A stretch of DNA of 64,000 nt from an uncultured Spirochaetota bacterium (lineage in GTDB: Bacteria; Spirochaetota; Spirochaetia; SZUA-6; Fen-1364), in contig CAWJRT010000017.1 in the NCBI GenBank assembly GCA_963845325.1, positions 25,204-89,203 of the forward strand, given 5' to 3'. This document shows, one piece after another, positions 33,301 to 47,509 of this stretch. The translations under genes were made by a program, and so were the position numbers. The stretch's first letter is position 1; the number at the start of each line of letters is the position of its first letter. The notes below the pieces were generated by a model. That model was not told the DNA's origin. It did no database searches and was given only the letters and a program-made list of their open reading frames with translations.

Positions 33301-34622
33301 TCCTGGTAGAAGACGGCCACCGCGTGCACCGCCGAGCGGTCGTGGCGGAAGTTGGGGGCCCGCTTGCGGCCGAGGGAAAGGTAGTCTTCCAGCGCGAGAA
33401 GCGGGCGGGTGAAATCCGCCGGGTGCCTGGAGACGAGGTCGGTGATCGTCCGCAGGGCGGTGACGACGGCCGCGGAGTTTCTCATCGCCCGGCCTGGCCA
33501 GGATGGAGAGAAACTCGTCCCAGTCCCTGAAAAGCGAACGGCGCTCCAGGGCTGCCTCCGCCCTGCGGCCGATGCCGAGATTCCGGAGCCCCGCCATGTA
33601 TTCGATGACCTCGCGCCGCTCCGCGGAGGAGGCCGCCCCTCCCGCGTAGCGCTCGACCAGAAGCGAGCATCTCCGGGGATCCAGCGGTACCGTGGCCCCC
33701 TTGATGATGGAGCGGATCTCCTCCCACGCGAGCTCGGCGTCAATGCGGTTCCTGTCTCGGTGGTCATGCAGGATGGCCGCGAACTCGCGAAGCCCCACCT
33801 CCGCCTCCGGCGCAAAGGCTGATGCCGGGCCCCCGGCGGCCTCGAGGGCGATCTCGCGAAACAGCGCAAAGCGGGGCGGCACGGCTCCCGTGGACCTCCA
33901 CGCGTTTTTCCACGAGCCCCGCGTAGATGCGCTCAGCCATGCGCTTGAGAAGAGGATTGTATGTCAGGAACAGCCGCCTGCCGTCGTGGCGCGCGCCGCG
34001 GAGGAGGTAGTAGACTGACAGGGTCGTCTTGCCGCTTCCCGCAGTCCCGGATACGAGCACGGGTGGCGAAGTGGCAAGCAAAGCCTCCTGCTCCCCGGTG
34101 AGGTGCAGGTACCCCTCGAAAGACGCGGGGTCGGGAGAAGCAAGCAGGCGTCCCCACTCTTCGTCATCGAAGACCAGCCATCGCTGGGGGCCGTAGTCAT
34201 CCGGCACCCGCTCTTCCACGCTTTCCTGCGTGAAGTACGGCGCGGGCAGCGCGTCGAGGGCCAGCTCAGGGAGGTCCTCGTGCTCGAGCTCTTCGAAAGC
34301 CAGGAACGGCGCATTGGACGGCTCGATGCGACGCGCCTCCGCGGAGATCGAATCATGATCCACAAGGCCCCAGAGGTAGATCGCTACAGCGTCATGGTGA
34401 TGACCGAGCGTGAAGAGGAGCCGGTCACCCTTGCTCATCCTGGCTTCGAAGACTACCCGGGGAGTGCCCCGTAGTTTCTTCACTCGGACCCCCGCATCCC
34501 AAACGCCGTTTTCGAGAAACTCCAGCTTCTCCCGCAGTTGTTTTCTGCGTCCCTCAGGAAGCCGGGTCGAGATGAGATTTCAGCGCGTCGTTGACGAGCA
34601 GCAGGTAGCGTGGGTCTGCCAT
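30366..34622 (-). CDS. UvrD-like SF1 helicase with N-terminal RelE/ParE-like domain and C-terminal TPR-like repeats (several frameshifts)
   Basis: Motif I GTAGSGKTT, II CDEVQD, III TGDPRQII, IV LSLNFR, V TIAEAKGLEFDTV, VI LLYVAVTRTR spread over ORFs 33764..34483, 32631..33869 and 31976..33064; AA-x-WE-x-AG helical repeats in 30366..32507. Confidence 0.8.
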
Positions 34623-34774
34623 GGAGTAGTGGGGCCGAGCGTAACAGACGCCATGGCATGGTGCAACTGCTTGCCTGAGGCGGGCTGAGGCGGCGGCGGT
34701 GGAGGAGGCTCGCCCATTTTGGCGGTCCGCGGCTGTAGCCTTGTGACCCTGTGTTCGCGGCACCAGTGGAATCG

Positions 34775-34839
34775 CAGCATTGTGGAAATCGACAGAATTT
34801 ACGACTGGGCTGCAAAAAATGTCGAAAACCACAATGCTG
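34775..34839. repeat. 20-bp inverted repeat, each arm containing TGT-N8-ACA (possible enhancer-binding-protein sites)
   Basis: CAGCATTGTGGAAATCGACA (34775-34794) and TGTCGAAAACCACAATGCTG (34820-34839) are complementary at 17/20 positions. Confidence 0.65.
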
Positions 34840-35068
34840 GGCACACCAGACCGGCAGATAGGAGAGCAGGCGGGTGCGCATAGCCGCGCAGCAACCGGGC
34901 TTGCGAAGATGAGCTCTTTGGGCGTCCACATGCTCCGGAAGTTCCTTCGTCAGCCTGCAACCATACAGGACGGTCCGCAACCGAGGTTGCAGACGAGGAA
35001 TGCGTCAAAGTACCTGCACCTTTTCCCGTAGTTCTTGGTGGGGAAGGAAATACGCGAAAGATCTGGCC

Positions 35069-35084
35069 TGGCATAGCCATTGCA
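35069..35084 (+). promoter_or_regulatory. Sigma-54 (-24/-12) promoter
   Basis: TGGCATAGCCATTGCA with exact GG-N10-GC spacing, 28 nt before ATG 35112. Confidence 0.75.
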
Positions 35085-35111
35085 TGCTTCCCGGAAGTGA
35101 AGGAGCGTCAA

Positions 35112-35267
35112 ATGAAAGGCAGAAAACCAGTTCTCATATCCACCGCGGGCTTACTTCTTGCCGCACTTGTCTTTCTCGGCGGCTGCGTAACGGTACCCAA
35201 CTATTCGCCGACGAAGGAAAGCAGCGAAGAATACACCGTCAGCTATACCGACGAGGAACCCCAATGA
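35112..35267 (+). CDS. 51-aa mini-lipoprotein (absent from ORF track)
   Basis: AAGGAG RBS; MKGRKPVLISTAGLLLAALVFLGG-CVTVPNYSPTKESSEEYTVSYTDEEPQ; ATGA overlap with next gene. Confidence 0.75.
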   Translation: MKGRKPVLISTAGLLLAALVFLGGCVTVPNYSPTKESSEEYTVSYTDEEPQ

Positions 35268-36082
35268 AAGCTTTGGCGCTGCTGGCTCCCCTGGCGATCC
35301 TGTGCACCTCCTGCACCACCACCACGACCTACTGGGTGCCGGTTTACACCATGCAGACAAGTGAGACCCAGGAACGCTCGGGGTTTGACCCGGCCACCAG
35401 AACCATCACCAACCCGGAGGAAGGGGCCACCTTTGCCTGCTACGAGGGAGAGCACAAGCAGGCTATCGTTTACAGCGACCGCTGCTCACTGTCCCTGGCC
35501 AGGAAGATCGTGGCCCAGGACGCGGGGTTCAATGCCGCGGAATCCACCGCGGAGGCAATCAGCAACCTCGTGCTCACAAAGTCTTTCCTCACCGGCGGCA
35601 CGGATGGTACCGGGGTCAAACTCCCGGAGGACCCCGAAGGGACGCTCAAGTCGGCGGGCATTGACTACCGTGGAGGATTCTTGAGCCCGGCAGAGGTCTA
35701 CAGGAGGAATCTCTACCTTGAAAAAAGCGAAAACCTCCTGGTCTTCGACGAGAGGCTCCTGCAAGACGGGCAGGAACTGTCCTACGTCATATCGGGAAGA
35801 AACGCCGGAACCGACAACCTCGCGGAAATTGTGGTTCTCGATGTCCTTCCTCCGGGGTTCGACCCGGTAGAAACCCGCTGCTGGTTCTCCAACGAGGCGG
35901 ACGCGGTGCTTGCCCCGGAGCTCGCCAGTTTCTTTCAGCACAGCAAGGTGGCAAGCGGCGGCAGGACGTCGCTCGTTTTCAAGTCAACCCTGGGGACGCC
36001 CTTCAAGCCGGGGGACGAGTTTCGCATCAAGGTGACGGTCCGGCTCGACCGCAGCAGTCTGACCAGAGAGTTCGTCCGTTAG
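35264..36082 (+). CDS. Lipoprotein with C-terminal DUF11-like domain
   Basis: MKALALLAPLAILCTS-C; GQELSYVISGRNAGTDNLAEIVVLDVLPPGF...FKPGDEFRIKVTV. Confidence 0.75.
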   Translation: MKALALLAPLAILCTSCTTTTTYWVPVYTMQTSETQERSGFDPATRTITNPEEGATFACYEGEHKQAIVYSDRCSLSLARKIVAQDAGFNAAESTAEAISNLVLTKSFLTGGTDGTGVKLPEDPEGTLKSAGIDYRGGFLSPAEVYRRNLYLEKSENLLVFDERLLQDGQELSYVISGRNAGTDNLAEIVVLDVLPPGFDPVETRCWFSNEADAVLAPELASFFQHSKVASGGRTSLVFKSTLGTPFKPGDEFRIKVTVRLDRSSLTREFVR

Positions 36083-36091
36083 GTGGACATC

Positions 36092-36893
36092 ATGAAGAAG
36101 ACACGAACCGCAATCCTTTTGGCGTGCGCTGCGGCTGTGGCCAGCGGATGCGCCACCATCAAGCCACCGGAGAAGCCGTTCTACGTTCCCGTTCTCACCG
36201 CGGAAACCGAACCGGGTCCGTGGGCACTCTAGCGTTCGATCCGGTGGCTCGAGGTTTCACGGGAATCACAGGCTCGCCCACCGTGGCGTTCTACACCGGG
36301 GAAAAAATACCGCCCCCAGGAAAGTTGGAGCCGGCGGTGCGCTTCGGGTGGCATCCGCGCGCAAGGAGGCCGTCGGTCCCCGGCCGTCAACGGAAGATAT
36401 CCTGGTCATCAAGACGGCATTCACCCCCGGGTGGGACGCCACGATCCTCTTCTCGATGCTCATCGTGACGGTCTTGACCGAAACCTCCCAACCCGACCGA
36501 TATCAAAAGGACCTGGTCTTCGACATCGACAAGGTCCAGGGGGACTTCATCGAGAGCGAGTACATGCTGGCCGCTGTCAACCGCGGCAATCGCGCGGTTA
36601 AAGACCTGTACCTGGTCGATGTGCTGGCCTCGCCGGTCCAGTTCGTCAGCTCCCGTTTCACCACGGCCAATCTCTTCATCCCGCTGAACGTCAATCTCGC
36701 GGCGTTGGACGGGGTTGAGCAGAAGCTCGTGACCGAGGGCAACCGCAAGGTCCTTGTGTTCCACGTCCTGCCGAAAAAGGAAGGCATCAAGCCGGGAGAC
36801 ATGGTGCAGATCATCGTCAAGGTCCGTATCCACAAGGATGAGCTGATGAAGCCCGAATACCTGGCAAAGAACCGAAAGGAAAGCGGAGGATGA
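36092..36893 (+). CDS. Paralogous lipoprotein with DUF11-like domain (frameshifts ~36210-36370)
   Basis: MKKTRTAILLACAAAVASG-C; SEYMLAAVNRGNRAVKDLYLVDVLASPVQFVS...IKPGDMVQIIVKV. Confidence 0.7.
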
Positions 36894-37603
36894 AAAGGAT
36901 CGTGGTCCTGCTTTCTGTGTGCATCTGCCTGGCGGACTGCGCAATGTATGCCGGCATGGCAAGGTCGCGTTATGCGCCGTTGCGGATCGCCTTTTCCGAG
37001 GCCAGGGAAAGCTCGCAGGTTTTCCGAGAGTCAGGCTTCCGGTCGATTCTCTTCTACAAGACTTCCCGCAGCAGCAGCTTCAACGTCGACTATTTCCGGA
37101 GCATGTGGGGAGCAGACCTGGGCCCCCCTGGACCCGTGTTGTTTCCCCTCCTCTTTTCGAACGTCTCAATCGAAAGCTCCCTGGTTCGTCCGGGAGAGAG
37201 CTTCGTCAGCCTGGCAAACCTTTTCCCTGACGCAATGACGGAGGAGAACGGCGAGGTCAGCCTGGTTTTCTACTTGATCGAGAAAGAGCAGCTCCTTTCC
37301 AGGAAGCTCACCCTGACCATTTCCCTCGACAAGTCCCTCCTCTTTTCCCGGGGGACGCACCGCAGCGATGACACCAACCCCACTATCCGCATGGAGCTGA
37401 AGGATCGCACCGGCAAGATCAAGTACTCGACCGCCATGGGCAGCGACTGTTTCGTGGAGCTGGAAACCCGCCAGGTAGAGGGCGGCGTGCTCTCGGCCGC
37501 TGTTTCAGCAGCCCTGAAGAGCCGCACCGGCGATGACCACTACCGCATGTACGAAGGGGAGCTGTGGCTGAAGCTGCAGGCGCAGGGCCCTGGGCTGCAA
37601 TGA
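36890..37603 (+). CDS. Probable lipoprotein, unknown function
   Basis: ATGA overlap, GGAGG RBS; MKRIVVLLSVCICLAD-C. Confidence 0.7.
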   Translation: MKRIVVLLSVCICLADCAMYAGMARSRYAPLRIAFSEARESSQVFRESGFRSILFYKTSRSSSFNVDYFRSMWGADLGPPGPVLFPLLFSNVSIESSLVRPGESFVSLANLFPDAMTEENGEVSLVFYLIEKEQLLSRKLTLTISLDKSLLFSRGTHRSDDTNPTIRMELKDRTGKIKYSTAMGSDCFVELETRQVEGGVLSAAVSAALKSRTGDDHYRMYEGELWLKLQAQGPGLQ

Positions 37604-37687
37604 AAGTTGCAGGGGGCTTCGTCCTGGAATCCTCCTGCTCTTCTTCCAATTCATAGCTGCGGCTGGAATTAGCGACATCGGTCGTTC

Positions 37688-37703
37688 TGGCACGCCTATT
37701 GCT
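37688..37703 (+). promoter_or_regulatory. Sigma-54 (-24/-12) promoter
   Basis: TGGCACGCCTATTGCT is a full match to TGGCACG-N4-TTGCW. Confidence 0.8.
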
Positions 37704-37714
37704 TCGCTATAGGC

Positions 37715-38422
37715 ATGAAGTCGCACGCAGTATTCCATGGGATCCTTTTCCTGCTCCTGTTGATGCAGCCAGGGACGGTCCAGGGAGAGTTTGTCTTCAG
37801 CATCGGGGGCTGGACCGTTGTGGGCGGCAACTCGGCCCACCTCGAGGGAACGCGGAATCTGTTCTACGAGCCGCACCTGGTTGAAGGCTCGTCAGACGGA
37901 AACGCGCAGAGCCTGGGACTCGATTTGGGGCTCACCTGGTGGTTTGCCAGGTTTCCAATGTTCGGAGTGGGACTGGACATCGATCCCTCGAGCGTCATGT
38001 TCGGGAATTCCCGCATGAGCATGATTTCTCTCACTCCCTGCCTGATGCTGCGCTTTCCGCTTGGGAAAAGCCGGGCGTTCAGGTATGGGAGACTCTTTCC
38101 ATACGTGGGGATGGGGCTGGGCCTCGGGACCCTGGATGGGAAGGCAACAATCTTCCCCGAAACAGAAGAAGAATACCATCTCGGGTCCCCGGTATTACTG
38201 GGCAAGGTCGGCCTGGAGGCAATCATCGTCGGCGGACTCTCGGTGTTTGTCGAGGCACGCTATATGATGTACGCGTTCAAGCAGGACACTACTGACAAGA
38301 CCTACTGGACGTTGATTGGTTTGTTCGTGCCCTACGAGATTGGACGCGATGAAACGCACCTCTCGGCCAGCTTCGGTCATGGGCAGATTTCCATCGGGAT
38401 TGCCCTGCATCTTGGAAAGTAA
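37715..38422 (+). CDS. Small outer-membrane beta-barrel protein (OmpW/OmpA-membrane-domain-like)
   Basis: Signal peptide; RLFPYVGMGLGLG, GLSVFVEARY, terminal ISIGIALHL strand. Confidence 0.75.
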   Translation: MKSHAVFHGILFLLLLMQPGTVQGEFVFSIGGWTVVGGNSAHLEGTRNLFYEPHLVEGSSDGNAQSLGLDLGLTWWFARFPMFGVGLDIDPSSVMFGNSRMSMISLTPCLMLRFPLGKSRAFRYGRLFPYVGMGLGLGTLDGKATIFPETEEEYHLGSPVLLGKVGLEAIIVGGLSVFVEARYMMYAFKQDTTDKTYWTLIGLFVPYEIGRDETHLSASFGHGQISIGIALHLGK

Positions 38423-38465
38423 GTCGACCGCCTCGCGCGCAACTTGGTCGTGCCCATGAAAAAAA

Positions 38466-38580
<115 letters not shown>

Positions 38581-38704
38581 AATAATCTCTACTCGAGTCA
38601 GGAAGAAGAAGAGACGAAGAGCGTGTCAAGCTCGCCGGGCACCGCGCTTGCGCGTGGCCGTGCGCTCTTCCACGCTTGCCCGAGGGCAAGTGTGGGGGAA
38701 AATA

Positions 38705-41713
<3,009 letters not shown>

Positions 41714-41897
41714 ATATTTTCCCTTGCACGCGCTCACGCATCCCTGCATCCGCACGCGCGTCTGCTCCCGCAGGTACCCTGCTCAGGCACATGCCCCACG
41801 GTCGCTCACGCTTCGTCTTTCCGGTGCCAATGGACAGACCTCGCCTCTACCGCTGCCACGGTATTCCCGTGGCATGCTTCTTCTTCCTTCCCTCGAG

Positions 41898-41909
41898 TTG
41901 TCAAAGAAC
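41898..41909 (-). promoter_or_regulatory. boxA antitermination element in rRNA spacer (second copy in leader at 43945-43953)
   Basis: GTTCTTTGACAA upstream of 23S and ATCTTTGACA upstream of 16S on the transcribed strand. Confidence 0.65.
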
Positions 41910-41999
41910 CAAGTGTCACGCTCGGTGACCGTCACAATGCCACCAGCGGTGGCCGTCGAATGCCACCCGGTGGCAGTGGTTGCGGCGACGCGCCGCTCG

Positions 42000-42073
<74 letters not shown>

Positions 42074-42238
42074 AGGTGATGGGAAACATCGCCACGGGAT
42101 GCCACGGCATTTGTCGAGCCGTGGCATTCGTTGCTCCGGAGCCGCGGTACTTCCGTGCCGCGGTCTATATACAGAAAAGGGAGGAGAGTTTGAGAGAGAG
42201 CGAGCAGTGTACCCTCCCCCGAAGGGGAAGGCAGTACT

Positions 42239-43787
<1,549 letters not shown>

Positions 43788-44112
43788 GATATAAGGCCTG
43801 CCCTTGCGGGCAGGTTTTATACTTCGTTACACGCACTTCCCCGGCCTCGCTGACTTTGCGACCGGTTATAGTGCGCTTTCGCCTCCACTGCAGTCTCCCG
43901 CAGCGTCGACGGACCCGCTCTCTTCATTCTCCCCTTCCCTTGACTGTCAAAGATCAGGGCCACGGTATTCCGTGGCATTCGCGCGTGCACGGTACTCCGT
44001 GCCTAGCGCACTGCGCGCGGACTCTTCAGCCCCTCACGCAGCTTGCCCCAGAGACGGCACTTTCCCCCTCGCATCTCTGTCAGAGGTAAGTACTACCCTT
44101 GAGGCGAGTGTC

Positions 44113-44141
44113 GTTTTATACTTGTTTCAAAATGCTGTCAA
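44113..44141 (-). promoter_or_regulatory. rRNA operon sigma-70 promoter
   Basis: TTGACA (44141-44136) followed by TATAAAAC 15 nt downstream; divergent TTGACT-18-TACAAT promoter for ahcY at 44176-44205. Confidence 0.65.
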
Positions 44142-44234
44142 TAGGCTGCGGACCGAAATCTCACACTTCTTCAACTTGACTGCCCCCGGGAACGGATACT
44201 ACAATGGGGGGACATGACAATCAGAGGAGAGTGA

Positions 44235-45491
44235 ATGGAGAAGAGCAAGATCAAGGATCCCATGCTTGCGGCGGCAGGGAAAATGCGAATCGAGTGGGCC
44301 GAATCGCGCATGCCGGTCCTCATGGCCCTGCGGGAAAAGCACGGCCGGGAGAAAACGTTGAAGGGCATGCGCGTTGCCGGGTGCCTGCACGTCACAAAGG
44401 AAACTGCCGTCCTGGTGAAGACGATACTCGCGGCTGGTGCCGATGTTTCCTGGTCCGGCTGCAACCCGCTTTCCACCCAGGACGACGTGGCGGCTGCCCT
44501 GGCCGCGGACGACATCTCCGTCTACGCCTGGCATGGCCAGACGCGGGACGAGTTTTACTGGGCCATCGACAAGACCCTGGAGTTCAAGCCGACCCTCACG
44601 CTGGATGACGGCGCCGACCTGATCTTCCGAGTTCACAGCTCGCGCACGGATCTCGCACCGGGCATCCTCGGGGGAACCGAGGAGACGACCACAGGGGTTC
44701 ATCGCCTCCGGGCCATGGGAGACGCGGGAAAGCTCCTGTACCCCGTCATCGCAGTCAACGACGCGGAAACCAAGTGGGACTTCGACAACGTCTACGGCAC
44801 GGGCCAGTCATCAATTGACGGGATCCTCCGTGCCACCTCCATCCTGCTGGCTGGCAAGACCTTCGTCGTTGCCGGGTACGGCCACTGCGGGCGCGGAGTC
44901 GCGGCCCGGGCAAAGGGAATGGGCGCGCGGGTGGTCGTCTGCGAGGTCGACCCGATATTTGCCCTTCGGGCGATGATGGACGGCTTCGACGTCATGCCGA
45001 TGGACGAGGCAGCGGCGGTCGGGGACGTGTTCATCACGGCCACCGGCGTGAAAGACGTGATCGTGAAGCGCCACTTCGAGCGGATGAAGGATGGCGCAGT
45101 TGTCTGCAACACCGGCCACTACGACTGCGAGATCAACATCCCCGAGCTTTCCGAGCTCGCGAAATCAGTCCGCGAAGTGCGTGCGAACAACGAAGAATAC
45201 ACGATGAAAGACGGGCAGAGGATCTACCTGCTGGCCAAGGGCAGGCTTGTGAATCTCGCGGCCGCCGAAGGTCACCCGTCCGAGGTGATGGACATGTCGT
45301 TTGCCAACCAGTTCCTGTCCCTGGTGCGCCTGACGCGGGAGGGCAGGTCAATGGGAAAGAAGGTATACTCCATCGACCGGAAGCAGGACACGGAGATCGC
45401 GGCAGTGAAGCTTGCCACGATGGGCAGGAAGATCGACACCCTCACGCCGGCACAGGTCGCCTACCAGACCGATTTCGCGAGCGGAACGTGA
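44235..45491 (+). CDS. ahcY: Adenosylhomocysteinase
   Basis: GCLHVTKET, CNPLSTQDDVAAAL, LDDGADL, EETTTGV, FDNVYGTGQS, GYGHCGRG, GHPSEVMDMSFANQ. Confidence 0.97.
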   Translation: MEKSKIKDPMLAAAGKMRIEWAESRMPVLMALREKHGREKTLKGMRVAGCLHVTKETAVLVKTILAAGADVSWSGCNPLSTQDDVAAALAADDISVYAWHGQTRDEFYWAIDKTLEFKPTLTLDDGADLIFRVHSSRTDLAPGILGGTEETTTGVHRLRAMGDAGKLLYPVIAVNDAETKWDFDNVYGTGQSSIDGILRATSILLAGKTFVVAGYGHCGRGVAARAKGMGARVVVCEVDPIFALRAMMDGFDVMPMDEAAAVGDVFITATGVKDVIVKRHFERMKDGAVVCNTGHYDCEINIPELSELAKSVREVRANNEEYTMKDGQRIYLLAKGRLVNLAAAEGHPSEVMDMSFANQFLSLVRLTREGRSMGKKVYSIDRKQDTEIAAVKLATMGRKIDTLTPAQVAYQTDFASGT

Positions 45492-45727
45492 CCGGATACA
45501 TCGTCTGCCGCACCTGCGGCAAGTACGTGCCTGCCACGGAAGTCGTGAACCGCGCCTGGTGCTCGGAGGAATGCACCAGGGCGTTCTCCAGCTGCTCGAA
45601 CTGCGGGAAGTTCTTCCCGTCAGGCAAGGGCTTCGAAAAGGAATACTGTCAGAAGGAATGCACGGTGCACTACCAGATTCTGAGAAAATACGGTCCCCAG
45701 CCGGTGACCGTGGTGACAGAGGTGTAA
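45488..45727 (+). CDS. 79-aa protein with two CxxC...CxxxC zinc-finger-like repeats
   Basis: GTGA overlap with ahcY; CRTCGK...WCSEEC and CSNCGK...YCQKEC. Confidence 0.75.
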   Translation: MTGYIVCRTCGKYVPATEVVNRAWCSEECTRAFSSCSNCGKFFPSGKGFEKEYCQKECTVHYQILRKYGPQPVTVVTEV

Positions 45728-45731
45728 GAGA

Positions 45732-46367
45732 ATGAAGCTGATCTTTCTCGGCCCCCCGGGGGCTGGCAAGGGAACACTCGCAGGGCTTGTGAGCGCTGGC
45801 CACGGGATTCCCCAGATCTCGACAGGCGACATGTTCCGGGAGGCCATCAAGAAGGAAACGCCTCTGGGGAAAAAGGTGAAGGAAATCCTCGGACGGGGGG
45901 ACCTCGTGCCGGACGAGCTCACCGTGGACCTGGTCAGGGAGCGGCTCTCCCAGGCCGATGCCGGGAAGGGATACATCCTGGACGGTTTTCCCCGCACTAT
46001 CCCGCAAGCGGAGGCGCTGGGTAAATTCCAGACCCTCGACGCGGTGGTCAATTTCGCCATTGACGACGAGCTCGTCGTCAAAAGGCTTTCCGGCCGCGAG
46101 ATCTGCAAGAACTGCGGGGCCATCTATCACGTGACGAACATGCCCTCAAAGGTAAAGGGCGTCTGTGACAAGTGCGGCGGCCCTCTGTACACCCGGCCTG
46201 ACGATTCGCTTGAATCAATCACCAACCGGCTCGATGTCTATAGAAAACAGACTGAGCCGCTCATCGAGTTCTACCGGAAGAAGAAGCTCCTCAAGGACAT
46301 CGACTCCTCGAAGTCCCCCGAGGACACGCACCGCCAGATCGAGAAGGTCCTCGCGCCCTTCACGTAG
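45732..46367 (+). CDS. adk: Adenylate kinase (Zn-lid type)
   Basis: GPPGAGKGT, ISTGDMFR, GYILDGFPRT, lid CKNC...CDKC. Confidence 0.97.
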   Translation: MKLIFLGPPGAGKGTLAGLVSAGHGIPQISTGDMFREAIKKETPLGKKVKEILGRGDLVPDELTVDLVRERLSQADAGKGYILDGFPRTIPQAEALGKFQTLDAVVNFAIDDELVVKRLSGREICKNCGAIYHVTNMPSKVKGVCDKCGGPLYTRPDDSLESITNRLDVYRKQTEPLIEFYRKKKLLKDIDSSKSPEDTHRQIEKVLAPFT

Positions 46368-46393
46368 GACGGCCCCCCCCTTCAGCCCCGGCC

Positions 46394-47416
46394 TCAAGGC
46401 GTCGGCACAGCCTTGGGGGGAGGACCGGAGGCGGGCCCCGAAGTCGAGGGCTGGGGATTTCTGGCATCCGGCGAGCTGGTCGGTGACGGCGGGCTCGGCG
46501 GCGGACTTTCCTGCGATTCAGTCAGGACTCCATGATCCTTGATCGCGGCTTCCACCTTGTCGCGTTCCAGCAGGTCGCCGGAATCCAGGAGGGCTTTCAC
46601 CGCTTTCGTATCCTTGAAGCCCGCTCCCAGTGCCTTGCCCAGCGCTTCCAGTCCCCGTTGGGGATCCTCCACCACCGTGAGAAGAAGCCGCGTTTCGCCG
46701 AACCAGGCGTCACCCTGCGCGGGATCGATTGCCACGATTTTCTCGAACGCCTCAAGCGCCCGCCCGTACTTTTTCTGGCGTTCCGCACCCGCTGCCACGA
46801 GGTACCACCCCTCCGTGTCATCGGGTTTCTTGGCGAGATAGCGTGCCAGCATGTCACCCGATGCGGCCGGATCGTCCATGGACAGCAGGAGCGAGCCGGC
46901 CGCATAGAGTGCGTCCGTGTCGTCCGGGGATTTCGACAGAAGCGCGGTGAACTGGTCCATGGCCTCGTGCTGCCGGTTGAGCTTCCACAGGATGATGCCG
47001 CTGTTGTACAGCGCGTTCAGATCGGCGGGGGAAAGAGAGATCACCGACATGTATTCAGCCAGTGCATCCTCATCCTTGCCTGAAAGGTGGTAGGCCCAAC
47101 CCAGGGCGGAGAGAAGCTGGGTGTTCTGGGGATCCGCTGCCAGGAGCCGTTTCAGCACCGAAACGGCATCGCCCGTGCGCTTGACATGCACGTACGCGAG
47201 GGCGAGGTTGTAGTCGGCTTTGACGAAAGCAGGATCGAGATTGAGTGCGGCCTGGAATTCGCTTATGGCCTTCTCGTACTGCCCGAGCTCGGCATACGCA
47301 TTGCCAAGGTCGTAGTAGTCGGACGCCACCTGGCGGTCACGGGCAGAACTGACGCACCCTCCGAGGGCGAGAGCGCACACGAGGAGAACCAGGCAGCACA
47401 GAGACAGGGGCCTCAC
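46394..47416 (-). CDS. TPR lipoprotein
   Basis: GTG 47416; LVLLVCALALGG-C lipobox; multiple TPRs; Pro-rich tail. Confidence 0.82.
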   Translation of the reverse strand: MRPLSLCCLVLLVCALALGGCVSSARDRQVASDYYDLGNAYAELGQYEKAISEFQAALNLDPAFVKADYNLALAYVHVKRTGDAVSVLKRLLAADPQNTQLLSALGWAYHLSGKDEDALAEYMSVISLSPADLNALYNSGIILWKLNRQHEAMDQFTALLSKSPDDTDALYAAGSLLLSMDDPAASGDMLARYLAKKPDDTEGWYLVAAGAERQKKYGRALEAFEKIVAIDPAQGDAWFGETRLLLTVVEDPQRGLEALGKALGAGFKDTKAVKALLDSGDLLERDKVEAAIKDHGVLTESQESPPPSPPSPTSSPDARNPQPSTSGPASGPPPKAVPTP

Positions 47417-47509
47417 AAGCTCATAATAGGATGAGAGGTTTGAGGTTGACAAGGGAAATCCACCTTTGTAGTCTTAAGCAGACAGACGAAACGAGATAAA
47501 GAAAAAACA

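Noticed and set aside
44142-44234. SAH/SAM riboswitch upstream of ahcY
   Set aside because: Predicted leader is only about 25 nt after the promoter; no aptamer consensus.
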